32,000 bases of DNA from Trichodesmium erythraeum IMS101 (lineage in GTDB: Bacteria > Cyanobacteriota > Cyanobacteriia > Cyanobacteriales > Microcoleaceae): NCBI RefSeq assembly GCF_000014265.1, contig NC_008312.1:7230001-7262000 (forward strand), given 5' to 3'. Both the position numbers and the translations under genes were made by a program. Positions 1 to 9,246 of the stretch are shown piece by piece; the stretch's first letter is position 1, and every line of letters begins with the position of its first letter. The notes below the pieces were generated by a model, which searched no databases, had not been told where the DNA came from, and saw only the letters and a program-made list of their open reading frames with translations.

Positions 1-10
1 GGAAAAATTA

Positions 11-49
11 AAATTATCAAAAGCTTAATCTAGAAAGGTTTGATAATTT
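11..49. repeat. Perfect 11-bp inverted repeat AAATTATCAAA / TTTGATAATTT with 17-nt spacer, upstream of the DUF2808 gene
   Basis: Read directly: 11..21 is the reverse complement of 39..49. Function (operator, or terminator of an upstream gene) is unknown. Confidence 0.5.
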
Positions 50-240
50 TAGATCGATCAGATTACTATAAACCTCATAAGGGTTAGGGTTTTAGCCATT
101 TTTTTTCCTTAATTCCCATTCCCAACAACTCTAATATGGTTAAGCAATTTCCTTGTATACCTATTTATTTATTAAATCTTGTTTATTTATCAAATCTTGA
201 TAAAGTCTTAATAAGGAGATTTTCAAGTAAAAAAAAATCT

Positions 241-768
241 ATGAAACGTATACTTTCTACATTGATGGTTAGCAGTTGCTTATTAACAGGCTTCTCAATG
301 GCAAGTTTAGCTCAGGGAATGCCAGGCTTTACACTCTTTGGTGGGCCAGAACAGAAAAATCAGTTAAACTTCCGTTTAGATTCTGGTAAATCTGGGAGTT
401 GGGATCGTTATCGACTAAGAATACCAGCCAAAAAATTAAATTTAGCTGTTGCTCAGTTATCAATTTCTTATCCTAATTATTATAAAGGTATATTTGATAC
501 TGATAAAATAGAAATTCGTGTTGGGACAGGAAACTCTAAAAAACCAGAGTCAATACCTATAGATGATGTAGTATGGAACCAAGAAGATAATTTTATAGAA
601 ATTTATCCTTCTGAACCAATTCCGGCTGGTAATAAAATCGAAGTAGTTCTCCACAATGTCAAAAACCCCAGATTTGGGGGAATGTATCACTTTAATGCTA
701 ATATTAGGACTCCTGGAGATGTACCTTTACTACGTTATATTGGCACATGGCTTTTGAGTATAGAGTAA
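241..768 (+). CDS. DUF2808-family secreted protein (cyanobacterial)
   Basis: ORF 136..768. The internal ATG at 241 gives a signal-peptide-like N-terminus (MKRILSTLMVSSCLLTGFSMASLAQG). The FGG..LNFRLD..DRYRLRI...NVKNPRFGGMYHFN...PLLRYIGTWLLSI pattern is typical of DUF2808. Confidence 0.7.
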   Translation: MKRILSTLMVSSCLLTGFSMASLAQGMPGFTLFGGPEQKNQLNFRLDSGKSGSWDRYRLRIPAKKLNLAVAQLSISYPNYYKGIFDTDKIEIRVGTGNSKKPESIPIDDVVWNQEDNFIEIYPSEPIPAGNKIEVVLHNVKNPRFGGMYHFNANIRTPGDVPLLRYIGTWLLSIE

Positions 769-885
769 ATAAATACTTCAGCAATAGAAGTTATGGTTAA
801 GAATTAACTTGATCTAGATATTTATGCTATGATTAGGGATCGTGAATTTGAAATTATTATATTGATGGTTAAGGAGTAGAGAAAA

Positions 886-1026
886 ATGACTCAGCGGACT
901 TTACATGGTACCTGTAGAAAGAGGAGAAGAGTATCTGGTTTTAGGGTAAGGATGCGTACGAGAAATGGCCGAGCAGTAATTAGAGCTCGTCGGAAAAAAG
1001 GGCGTGAGCGTCTGGCAGTATATTAG
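886..1026 (+). CDS. rpmH: 50S ribosomal protein L34
   Basis: Not in the ORF track (46 codons). Manual translation gives [46 protein letters not shown], the canonical L34 sequence. A GGAG lies upstream, and the gene sits directly upstream of rnpA as in most bacteria. Confidence 0.93.
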   Translation: MTQRTLHGTCRKRRRVSGFRVRMRTRNGRAVIRARRKKGRERLAVY

Positions 1027-1075
1027 AAATTTACAGAAAATTCTGATTGGTGGAAAAATATTAGAAAATCTTACC

Positions 1076-1483
1076 ATGTTGCCAGATGAAAGTAGGCTTC
1101 GTCATCATAAAGACTTTAGTGCTGTATATCAGAAAGGAATTCGTAAGAATACTTCTCATCTAAGTTTAAGGGCTCTGCGTCATATGCAACAGCCTCAATT
1201 AATTGAACACTCAGATCAATTATATCCTGACAGACCTACCCGCATAGGAATTTCTATTAGCAAAAAGGTGAATAAAGGAGCAGTAGTCAGAAATCGAATT
1301 AAACGCCAAATTAGGGCAGCTTTACGACAAATGTTGCCGTATATATCAAAAGGATGGGATCTAGTAATAGTAGTAAAACCAACAGCCAAACAGTGCAATT
1401 ATTATGAATTTCTGCAACAATTAGAGAAGTTATTGGCACAAGTGGAGGTGTTGCATGGGTATTCGAGAGGAAGCCTTCTATGA
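1076..1483 (+). CDS. rnpA: Ribonuclease P protein component
   Basis: ORF 1004..1483. Contains the RNR-type motif KKVNKGAVVRNRIKRQIRAALRQ and follows rpmH. The GTG at 1004 overlaps rpmH, so the ATG at 1076 (MLPDESRL...) is the more likely start. Confidence 0.88.
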   Translation: MLPDESRLRHHKDFSAVYQKGIRKNTSHLSLRALRHMQQPQLIEHSDQLYPDRPTRIGISISKKVNKGAVVRNRIKRQIRAALRQMLPYISKGWDLVIVVKPTAKQCNYYEFLQQLEKLLAQVEVLHGYSRGSLL

Positions 1484-1844
1484 GGGCGGCCCCCATATAG
1501 GAGATTTAATCTTTAATTTATTAATTGGCCTGACAATCATTGGCCTTCCTCTAACGGTTGCGGCTGTTGTTCGGGCCTTATGGTTAAGATATCGGATTAC
1601 TAATCGCCGAGTTTCAGTCACAGGTGGCTGGATGGGACAAGATCGTACAGATATTATTTACTCAGAAATTATAAAAGTTGCAAAAGTACCTAGAGGATTA
1701 GGTGCTTGGGGTGATTTAGCAATTACTCTGAGAAATGGTACTCGCTTAGAATTAAGGGCAATACCAAGATTTAGAGAAATTGAAGATTACATAACTGAAA
1801 AAATAGTGGCCAAAACTCAAAAAGCGGATAGTACTACTAATTGA
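1455..1844 (+). CDS. PH-domain (bPH_2/YdbS-like) membrane protein conserved between rnpA and yidC in cyanobacteria
   Basis: Starts EEAFYEGGPHIGDL, followed by one hydrophobic hairpin and a basic C-terminal domain. Overlaps the rnpA 3' end by 29 nt. Sits in the rnpA-yidC synteny. Confidence 0.7.
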   Translation: MGIREEAFYEGGPHIGDLIFNLLIGLTIIGLPLTVAAVVRALWLRYRITNRRVSVTGGWMGQDRTDIIYSEIIKVAKVPRGLGAWGDLAITLRNGTRLELRAIPRFREIEDYITEKIVAKTQKADSTTN

Positions 1845-2028
1845 TAGGAATTTAACTAATTATTAGTAGATAAATTTTTCAATTAGCTACTATAATATTA
1901 ATCCAGATAAAATACTGATAAATTATTGGATTTACAGATAGTTAACTAGATATTGGGATTAGTAGTAGTAAATAATTTAAAATCGTCAAAATTAGAAATA
2001 TAACCAGCCCCAAGGTAAACATAAAATA

Positions 2029-3177
2029 ATGGATTTTGGTATAGGATTTATTTCCAACAACATAATGCTACCGATCTTAGACTTTTTCTATGGGATCGTA
2101 CCAAGCTATGGTTTAGCAATTGTAGCCTTAACTCTTGTAATTCGTGCAAGTCTCTACCCATTAAATGCTGGGTCAATTCGGAATATGCGTAAGATGAAAG
2201 TTACGCAACCTTTGATGAAGAAAAGACAAGAGGAGATTCAAAAACGTTATAAAGATGATCCCCAAAAACAGCAGGAAGAAATGGGTAAACTGATGAAAGA
2301 GTTTAATCCATTAGCAGGATGTTTACCTCTGCTATTTCAAATGCCTATACTTTTTGCTTTATTTGCTACTCTGCGTGGCTCACCTTTTACTAATATTAAT
2401 TATACTGTAGATTTACAAATATTTCCTCAAGAACAGTTAGAACGAATTCAACCACAAGCTTATACAACTTCACCTCAAAATATATATATTAATGATGGTG
2501 TTCACTACCAAATTTTGGCTTTGAGTCCTAATGGGGATAAGTTAATTGTTGGAGATAAAACTAAAGTTGAATTTCAAACAGTAGAGGGTAAGTCTTTAAA
2601 TACTCTCATGGAGGAATATAATCAATCTGAAATTAAGCCTTTATGGACTGTAACCAAAGGTGCTGAAAGAGTTCAAATAGATCAAGATGGTAGTTTAGTA
2701 GCTTTAGAACCAGGGGAAGCTACAATTCAAGGTACAATACCAGGAATTGCATCAAATAAAGGATTTCTATTTATTAAAGCTTTGGGTCGTGTGGGCGCCT
2801 TTGATGAGAATGGGAACATTCATTGGGATATATTAATTATGGTGATTGGTTTTGGAGTTAGTATATATGCTAGCCAAACAATATCAGGTAAAGGACCTGG
2901 AGCTAACAATGCTAATCCAAATCAAGACTCTATAAACAAAATTACTCCAATTTTATTTTCAGGAATATTTCTGTTTACTCCTCTTCCTGCAGGTGTCTTA
3001 CTTTATATGCTGATAGCTAACATATTTCAAACTATTCAGGCATATATCTTATCCAAAGAACCATTACCTGAAAATCTTCAGAAATTAGTAGAAGAGTCAC
3101 AACCAAAAACAACAAAAATAGGAAAGGGAAGACAAGCACTGCCCTTTGAACCAGGACGTTCTAAGAAGAAAGCTTAA
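2029..3177 (+). CDS. yidC: Membrane protein insertase YidC/Oxa1/Alb3 family
   Basis: 382 aa. N-terminal TM, the [40 protein letters not shown] motif, multiple C-terminal TM helices and a basic tail. Conserved rpmH-rnpA-yidC-jag order. Confidence 0.92.
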   Translation: MDFGIGFISNNIMLPILDFFYGIVPSYGLAIVALTLVIRASLYPLNAGSIRNMRKMKVTQPLMKKRQEEIQKRYKDDPQKQQEEMGKLMKEFNPLAGCLPLLFQMPILFALFATLRGSPFTNINYTVDLQIFPQEQLERIQPQAYTTSPQNIYINDGVHYQILALSPNGDKLIVGDKTKVEFQTVEGKSLNTLMEEYNQSEIKPLWTVTKGAERVQIDQDGSLVALEPGEATIQGTIPGIASNKGFLFIKALGRVGAFDENGNIHWDILIMVIGFGVSIYASQTISGKGPGANNANPNQDSINKITPILFSGIFLFTPLPAGVLLYMLIANIFQTIQAYILSKEPLPENLQKLVEESQPKTTKIGKGRQALPFEPGRSKKKA

Positions 3178-3677
3178 TGCTAGTAATGAGCGATATTTAT
3201 AATTATCAAGGGTTAGATGAAGGACAGCAATGGCTAGAGAAACTGCTAAATTTAGCAAAAATTCCCGCAAAAGTCATAGCTCAACAACAAGAAGATTCTT
3301 ATTGGCTGACTATAGATCAAACTAACCTGACACAAGAACAAGTTTCTGTTTTAGTTGGAGTTGATGGTAAAGTAATCGATGCTATCCAGTACCTCACCAA
3401 TACAATTCTGAATATAAATAATGATAATTCAGAACAACATTTGGCTTATACTGTTGAAATAGCAGGCTATCGAGCTCGTCGCCAAGAAGAACTATTATTA
3501 ATGGCTGAGTATGCAGCTAAAAAAGTACGTTTGACTGGTCAGGAGTATGAATTAACATCTCTATCTTCTACGGAACGTCGTCAAATACATACTATGCTTA
3601 AGGACTGTGAAGACCTAGAAACTTACAGCCATGGACAGGAACCGGACCGTCGTTTAGTAGTGAAAATTAGAAACTAG
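3177..3677 (+). CDS. jag: Jag/KhpB-type RNA-binding protein (KH + R3H domains)
   Basis: The start overlaps the yidC stop (TAATG). The C-terminal LSSTERRQIHTMLKD...SHGQEPDRRLVV is an R3H signature. Confidence 0.85.
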   Translation: MLVMSDIYNYQGLDEGQQWLEKLLNLAKIPAKVIAQQQEDSYWLTIDQTNLTQEQVSVLVGVDGKVIDAIQYLTNTILNINNDNSEQHLAYTVEIAGYRARRQEELLLMAEYAAKKVRLTGQEYELTSLSSTERRQIHTMLKDCEDLETYSHGQEPDRRLVVKIRN

Positions 3678-3741
3678 TAAAAAATTATAATAATTGGGAA
3701 AAAAATATGATTTGTAAAGATTAAAATTATTAATTTGAGTA

Positions 3742-3782
3742 CAGAAAATTCAGAATTCTGTATTAAGAATTCTGAATTTCTG
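3742..3782. repeat. Strong near-perfect hairpin CAGAAAATTCAGAATTCT-(6 nt)-AGAATTCTGAATTTCTG between jag and the DUF177 gene
   Basis: Read directly: roughly 17-bp arms with one unpaired A. There is no clear T-tract after it, so calling it an intrinsic terminator is only tentative. Confidence 0.5.
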
Positions 3783-3809
3783 GTTATGAATTGAGTGAGG
3801 TGAAGCTAA

Positions 3810-4319
3810 ATGGAATTAATATCTATTCCCAGTCTATTGAAAAAAAACAATCAGACTGAATTTATCAGGTTTGAAGAGTTTATATTAGATTTGGAAACAC
3901 TGAGTCCAGTTAGGGGTTATTTACAAGTAACTCATTGTGGAAATTATCTGGAAGTTAAAGGAAAATCAGAAACAATTATTACCCTCACTTGTGATAGATG
4001 TTTAAAACAGTATAACTATAAATTAGTGATTAATCCAAAGGAGTTAATTTGGTTAAATAAAGTTACAACTCAAAAAGAGTTATTCCACATAGAGGCGGAA
4101 AATTCTGTGGAACATTTAGTAGAAACTTTGCCTCCAGAGGGAAATTTTAACCCCAAAAAATGGGTATATGAACAGGTTTGTTTAGAAGTTCCTTCAAGAA
4201 AGTTATGTAAGAATAATTGCCAAGGGATAAAATTATCTGGTACGAATACTTCATCATCGGTTTTAGATAGTCGATGGGCAGCTTTAGAGGCGGTAAAAAA
4301 ACAACTGAATAATAGTTGA
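3810..4319 (+). CDS. YceD/DUF177 family protein
   Basis: Cys pairs CDRC...CKNNCQG and a C-terminal DSRWAAL motif, typical of DUF177. Confidence 0.78.
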   Translation: MELISIPSLLKKNNQTEFIRFEEFILDLETLSPVRGYLQVTHCGNYLEVKGKSETIITLTCDRCLKQYNYKLVINPKELIWLNKVTTQKELFHIEAENSVEHLVETLPPEGNFNPKKWVYEQVCLEVPSRKLCKNNCQGIKLSGTNTSSSVLDSRWAALEAVKKQLNNS

Positions 4320-4578
4320 TAGTTTAATATTAAAGTTGCTTGTTAATTATGAAATTAAAAGGAAGGCAGGAAACAGAAAAAAAAGGTGAGAAGGGAGATT
4401 TTTTTGATAACTAATTATTGGGATATCAGATTAGTTAGTATTGTAGAAAACAGGCTGTACAAATGTTTTGTGAACTCCCAACAAGCTAAATTTATCTGAG
4501 TATTTGTTTCATATAGTATGAGCTCAACCGATGGTGAGCAATATCTTAATAAATTAAAGACTTTATTATTAATATTTA

Positions 4579-4611
4579 CTGCAACTTACCTGCAACTTAC
4601 CTGCAACTTGC
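4579..4611 (+). repeat. Three tandem 11-bp units (CTGCAACTTAC, CTGCAACTTAC, CTGCAACTTGC) ending 26 nt upstream of the ycf46-like start codon
   Basis: Read directly from the sequence. Confidence 0.9.
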
Positions 4612-4637
4612 TGTAAATAGCGACTGAAAAAAATATT

Positions 4638-6137
4638 ATGAATTTTCAAGCAGAGTTTGAACTACTATTACGTTCGTGCTATTCAATAATTTATGTCCAG
4701 ACAAGGGAGGAAGAACGAGTAGAAAAGACAATTGCTGAATTAGCGAAAAAACAAGGTAACAGAGCAGTATATATTTGGGATTTTGTAGAAGGATATGAAA
4801 ATAATCCTAATGATATAGGTTGGGGAAAAAGAAATCCTCTTCAAGGTTTAGAACTTGTGGAAAAGTTGCCGGAGTCAGCTCCGGCAATATTTATATTGCG
4901 AGATTTTCAAAGATTTTTGGAGGATATTTCTATTTCAAGGAAGCTGAGGAATTTGGCAAAAAAGTTAAAGTCTCAACCTAAAAATTTGGTAATCTTAGCT
5001 CCTAAAATATCTATTCCAGAGGATTTAAATGAAGTTATTACAATTATAGAATTCCCACTACCAAATAGTCAAGAAATTTCCCAAGAGGTAGAACGTCTTT
5101 TAGTGGCTATGGGTCAATATGTGGAAAAACGTTTATTAGATGAAGTAGTTCGGGCTTCTCTTGGATTATCTCTAGAACGAGTTAGAAGAGTTTTGGCTAG
5201 GGCGATCGCTACTCACGGAAAATTAGAGCTTGATGATGTTGATTTAATTTTAGAAGAAAAACGCCAAACTATTCGTCAAACTCAAATATTGGACTTTTAT
5301 CCTGCTCATGAAAATATTTCTGATATTGGGGGTTTGGATAACCTCAAAGATTGGTTATTGCGACGGGGAGGGGCGTTTTCTGAACGAGCTAGGCAATATG
5401 GTTTGCCTCATCCTAGGGGTTTACTTTTGGTAGGAATACAGGGTACTGGTAAATCTCTTACTGCTAAGGCGATCGCTCATCATTGGCATTTACCTTTATT
5501 ACGTTTGGATGTGGGCCGTTTATTTGGAGGTTTGGTGGGAGAGTCGGAGTCTCGTACCCGACAGATGATTTCTATTGCTGAAGCTTTGGCGCCTTGTGTT
5601 CTCTGGATAGATGAAATTGATAAGGGTTTTGCTGGGTTTAAAAGTCAAGGGGATGCAGGTACTACGAGTCGAGTTTTTGGTACTTTTATTACTTGGTTAG
5701 CTGAAAAAATATCTCCTGTTTTTGTGGTAGCTACTGCTAATAATATTCAATCTTTACCGCCAGAAATATTACGAAAGGGTAGGTTTGATGAAATATTTTT
5801 TGTGGGTTTACCTAATCAGAAGGAAAGAAAATCTATTTTTGAAGTACATTTATCTCGGTTACGACCTTATAATATTAAGAGTTATGATATGGAGCGGCTA
5901 GCTTATGAAACTCCAGATTTTTCTGGTGCAGAAATAGAACAGTCTTTAATAGAAGCTATGCATATTGGGTTTAGTCAAAATCGTGAGTTTACTACTGAGG
6001 ATATTTTGGAGTCTGCTAGTCAAATTATTCCTTTAGCTAGAACTGCTGAAGAACAAATTAAGTTTTTACAAGATTGGGCTGCGGCTGGTAAGGCCCGTCT
6101 TGCTTCTAGATATGATGGCTTTAAAGGTAAGTTTTAA
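4638..6137 (+). CDS. ycf46: Ycf46-like AAA+ ATPase
   Basis: 499 aa. Walker [16 protein letters not shown], Walker [26 protein letters not shown], and an N-terminal non-ATPase domain. Length and motifs match the cyanobacterial/plastid Ycf46 family. Confidence 0.85.
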   Translation: MNFQAEFELLLRSCYSIIYVQTREEERVEKTIAELAKKQGNRAVYIWDFVEGYENNPNDIGWGKRNPLQGLELVEKLPESAPAIFILRDFQRFLEDISISRKLRNLAKKLKSQPKNLVILAPKISIPEDLNEVITIIEFPLPNSQEISQEVERLLVAMGQYVEKRLLDEVVRASLGLSLERVRRVLARAIATHGKLELDDVDLILEEKRQTIRQTQILDFYPAHENISDIGGLDNLKDWLLRRGGAFSERARQYGLPHPRGLLLVGIQGTGKSLTAKAIAHHWHLPLLRLDVGRLFGGLVGESESRTRQMISIAEALAPCVLWIDEIDKGFAGFKSQGDAGTTSRVFGTFITWLAEKISPVFVVATANNIQSLPPEILRKGRFDEIFFVGLPNQKERKSIFEVHLSRLRPYNIKSYDMERLAYETPDFSGAEIEQSLIEAMHIGFSQNREFTTEDILESASQIIPLARTAEEQIKFLQDWAAAGKARLASRYDGFKGKF

Positions 6138-6157
6138 TAGAAAGACACTGAAAAATT

Positions 6158-6601
6158 ATGAATTTGTATGCATTTTTTAAGTTTTTAGTAGGCTTTATTT
6201 TAGCAATACTTTTACTAGCTGGAGCTAGTGCAACAGCAGTTCTCTATTTTGCGGCTAAACTCACAAAAATACCTGAAAAACCAATCTTTGAAAATGAAAA
6301 ACCTGTAGTGGAAAATGTTGCTAAGTCTTCTCAACCAATTTTAGCTACTAGCAATGAAAAATCAGAAAATCAAAATGAGTTAGAGACTGGAACTTATAGA
6401 GCTGTTGTAGTAGAACCTATTGGTTTAATTCTTCGCGATACTCCTAGTAGAAATGCTATTCGTATTGGAGGTATTTCTTATAAGGAGAAAGTTATAGTTC
6501 TTGAAGAGAGTTCTGATAAGAGATGGCAAAAAGTTCGGGTAGATGATGGGAGCGATCGTATAGGTTGGGTTTCAGGAGGTAATACTAAAAAGTTGGATTA
6601 G
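6158..6601 (+). CDS. Membrane-anchored bacterial SH3-domain protein
   Basis: N-terminal TM helix (FLVGFILAILLLAGASATAVLYF) and a C-terminal SH3b-like segment (YRAVVVEPIGLILRDTPS...WQKVRVDD...GWVSGGN). Confidence 0.6.
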   Translation: MNLYAFFKFLVGFILAILLLAGASATAVLYFAAKLTKIPEKPIFENEKPVVENVAKSSQPILATSNEKSENQNELETGTYRAVVVEPIGLILRDTPSRNAIRIGGISYKEKVIVLEESSDKRWQKVRVDDGSDRIGWVSGGNTKKLD

Positions 6602-6888
6602 ATTATTAATAAATTGCTCTATAAATAATGATTTTGAAAGATTTATTTAAGGATTTTAATAATTTTTTCGACAAACTTCTCTTGATATTTTCTCAAAAAA
6701 TTAGATTGAATAATTAATCACTATATTAATCAGATTTTGATATTTATGAGATTAAATAAGGCAGAATATCCCCTGTAAGACTAATTTGTAGCTTTCAGTA
6801 ATGATAATTTATACTCAAGTTACTTTTAGTCATTTCCTAATTTCCATTGCTCAAAAATTTTTTTTACTTTTGGCTTCTGACTTTATTA

Positions 6889-7209
6889 TTAAGAAACCAT
6901 ATCTTCTTGATAAAGTTTATCTTTTTGGTGGATTATTTTGATGATTCCATCATTTTTTAAATCTTCAATATATTCTAACAAATCATTTTTGAACACCTCG
7001 GGATCGACTTCTTCTAATTCTAAAATATCTTCATAAGCTTCTTGAATAGAATCAGATCCTACTAAGGCAAATAACATTTGAGCTGCTACATCATCTAACA
7101 GAAAATCTTGACCTTCCTGTTGAGCATTAACTATAAAAATTCCTCCTTCATCTTCTGCTAGAAAAAAATTATCTGTTAATACTACTTTTTGAGTGAATGA
7201 AATGTTCAC
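6889..7209 (-). CDS. Small acidic protein with a PqqD/RRE-like pattern
   Basis: 106 aa with a GTG start and GAGG 7 nt upstream. The pattern ...GGIFIVNAQQEGQDFLLDDVAAQMLFALVGSDSIQEAYEDILELEEVDPEVFKNDLLEYIEDLKNDGII resembles PqqD-family peptide chaperones (x-LN-xxA-xxI/L-xL-xG-xSxxEIxxxL...D-xxxFlxxLxxxGli). Recognised by eye only. Confidence 0.45.
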   Translation of the reverse strand: MNISFTQKVVLTDNFFLAEDEGGIFIVNAQQEGQDFLLDDVAAQMLFALVGSDSIQEAYEDILELEEVDPEVFKNDLLEYIEDLKNDGIIKIIHQKDKLYQEDMVS

Positions 7210-7320
7210 AACTTACCTCGAATACCAATTAAATTAATTTAAATAATACTATTTTACCTTTAAAAAATTATATCATACAATAGTTAAATAATTATTTTCT
7301 ATTAGGTAATAGTTAAGAAT

Positions 7321-7818
7321 ATGAACGTTCGTATAGGTAATGGCTACGATATTCATAAATTAGGGCCAGAAAGACCATTGATTTTGGGAGGAATTAAAAT
7401 TGACCATGAAATGGGGCTGATTGGCCATAGTGATGCGGATGTTCTGACTCATGCTATTATGGATGCAATGTTAGGGGCTCTAAGTTTGGGAGATATTGGC
7501 CATTATTTCCCTCCCAGCGATCCACAATGGGCTGGGGCTGATAGTATAGATTTATTGAAGCGTGTTAATGATTTAGTTAGGGGTGTTTGCTGGCGAATTA
7601 GTAATATTGACTCGGTAGTGGTGGCAGAGCGTCCTAAGTTGAAACCACATATAGAGAAAATGCGATCGCGCTTGGCTACTACTTTAGAGCTAGAAGCAGA
7701 TCAGGTTAGTATTAAAGCTACTACTAATGAAAAATTAGGTCCTGTGGGCAGAGAAGAAGGTATTGCTGCTTATGCGGTGGTTTTGCTACAGAAATATACT
7801 GAGATCAGAAAAGCATAA
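7321..7818 (+). CDS. ispF: 2-C-methyl-D-erythritol 2,4-cyclodiphosphate synthase
   Basis: [11 protein letters not shown]...[19 protein letters not shown]...[14 protein letters not shown] are canonical IspF motifs. Confidence 0.95.
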   Translation: MNVRIGNGYDIHKLGPERPLILGGIKIDHEMGLIGHSDADVLTHAIMDAMLGALSLGDIGHYFPPSDPQWAGADSIDLLKRVNDLVRGVCWRISNIDSVVVAERPKLKPHIEKMRSRLATTLELEADQVSIKATTNEKLGPVGREEGIAAYAVVLLQKYTEIRKA

Positions 7819-7876
7819 TAATGAAAATACTAGAATGATCTGGAGTTCTTTCGTCAAATTTTAAAGTTAAAACATA

Positions 7877-9160
7877 ATGGAATATCTAAGAAATCCTTTC
7901 ACTGTAGGTCAGCCAGTTGCTCCAGAACATTTTGTGGGGCGCAAGAGTTTAATCGCGATCGCATTTGACTAAATATATCGTCGCAGTAATTTGGCTGTTT
8001 GGGGCGGTCCTGGTATGGGAAAAACTTCTTTCCTTCAGCTTCTGACGTCTGAAGAAGTCTGGCTTTCAAAAAATATAAATCCATCTGAAGCGGTAATTAT
8101 TTATCTAAATTGCCAAGAAATTAATCCTTTCACGCCTGCTAGTTTCTGGCGCAGGATTATTAATTTAATTAGAGAAAAAACTAAAGATAATTCTATCCTA
8201 CAACCTATAATTCAAGATTTACTAAAAAAGCCAAAAATAACTAAAGATTACCTACGTTTTGTGTTGAAAAAATTAGGTGAGCAAAATAAATTTTTAGTGC
8301 TACTTTTAGATGATTATGATGCGACTTTTCGTTTCCATTCTCAGTATAGTGAAACTGAGGTAGAAATATTTTTAAGTGAGTGTCGGAATTTGGCATATCA
8401 TTGCTCAGAGAGAAAGTATCTATCAATGATTGTGACTTCATTGCGACGCCTAAGTGAAACTGGTCCTGGTCTGACACCAGAGAAATCTCCTTGGCATAAT
8501 CATTATGCATTTCAACCATTAAAACCATTGAATCAAAAGGAGGTCGAGATTTTGCTTAGTAAAATGGACATGCCACCTGGACTATGTGATGGGATTCAAG
8601 AAATTGCTGGCGGAAATCCACTATTACTACAAAATGCTGGATTTCTTTATTATGATAAAGTGCGGTCTGAAGAAACACTTAGTGCTGAGAAATTTACCAG
8701 GGATTTGATAACAGCAACAGACCATATTTTTCAAGGCACATGGCAACTTGCTAATGAGTTAGAACAGACTTTATTAATGTTAGTTTCTTTATCTAATTTA
8801 GAAGGTCGCGTACAAAATAAACGCTATAATTTAGGTGATATTAATGTTATTTTTAGTCAGAAATCTCGAGAATTAATAGATTTAGAGGAAAGGGGAGTTA
8901 TTAAAGGAAATAGAGAACAAGAAAATACAGGTTATTTATTTTCTTCAACAATTATGGAGTGGTGGGTAATTAAAGAAGTTGAAAATACTAATGTAGAAAC
9001 ACTTAAAGAGAGAGAGAAAGTATTTCTCAATTTGATGAGTCATAAACAAGTAAAAAAAGTAACAAGTGTGATTAAGTATTTGTCAGAAAACAAAGAAGCT
9101 ATAAAATCTGTTGTGAAATGGGTAAGTAAGCTAGCAACGTACTGCGCAAAGTTTTTATAA
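7877..9160 (+). pseudogene. STAND/AAA-like P-loop NTPase interrupted by a single in-frame TAA (7970..7972)
   Basis: The ATG at 7877 encodes MEYLRNPFTVGQPVAPEHFVGRKSLIAIAFD, then TAA, then the same frame continues IYRRSNLAVWGGPGMGKTS (Walker A) and LVLLLDDYD (Walker B). The NPF..G.....F.GR N-terminus matches the N-terminus of the neighbouring NTPase (9247..). The ORF track only shows the TTG-started remainder at 7991..9160. Confidence 0.6.
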
Positions 9161-9246
9161 TTACTTAATTTATATATTGTTAGATGTTGAAAAAAAAATT
9201 ATGTTAATTGGTAATGGTAAAAATATAATCGGGATAAAAATTAATA

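Noticed and set aside
136-240. Long 5' extensions of ORFs (136 for DUF2808, 1004 for rnpA, 22821 for the membrane protein, 25079 for PmbA/TldD)
   Set aside because: The extensions use non-ATG starts or add non-conserved, low-complexity residues. The rnpA extension also overlaps rpmH. Internal ATGs give canonical N-termini.
1216-1496. Minus-strand ORFs 1216..1398 and 1311..1496
   Set aside because: They are antisense shadows inside rnpA. The same reasoning applies to 7899..8084, 8241..8528, 9546..9941, 17475..17711, 18053..18235, 21078..21290, 24247..24471 and 25179..25373, each of which lies inside a well-supported gene or pseudogene on the other strand.
4579-4611. Short tandem repeats (4579..4611, 26583..26606, 28062..28083, 30458..30493, 21371..21484) considered as CRISPR arrays
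   Set aside because: The units are directly adjacent with no unique spacers, there are only 2-3 copies, and no cas genes are present.
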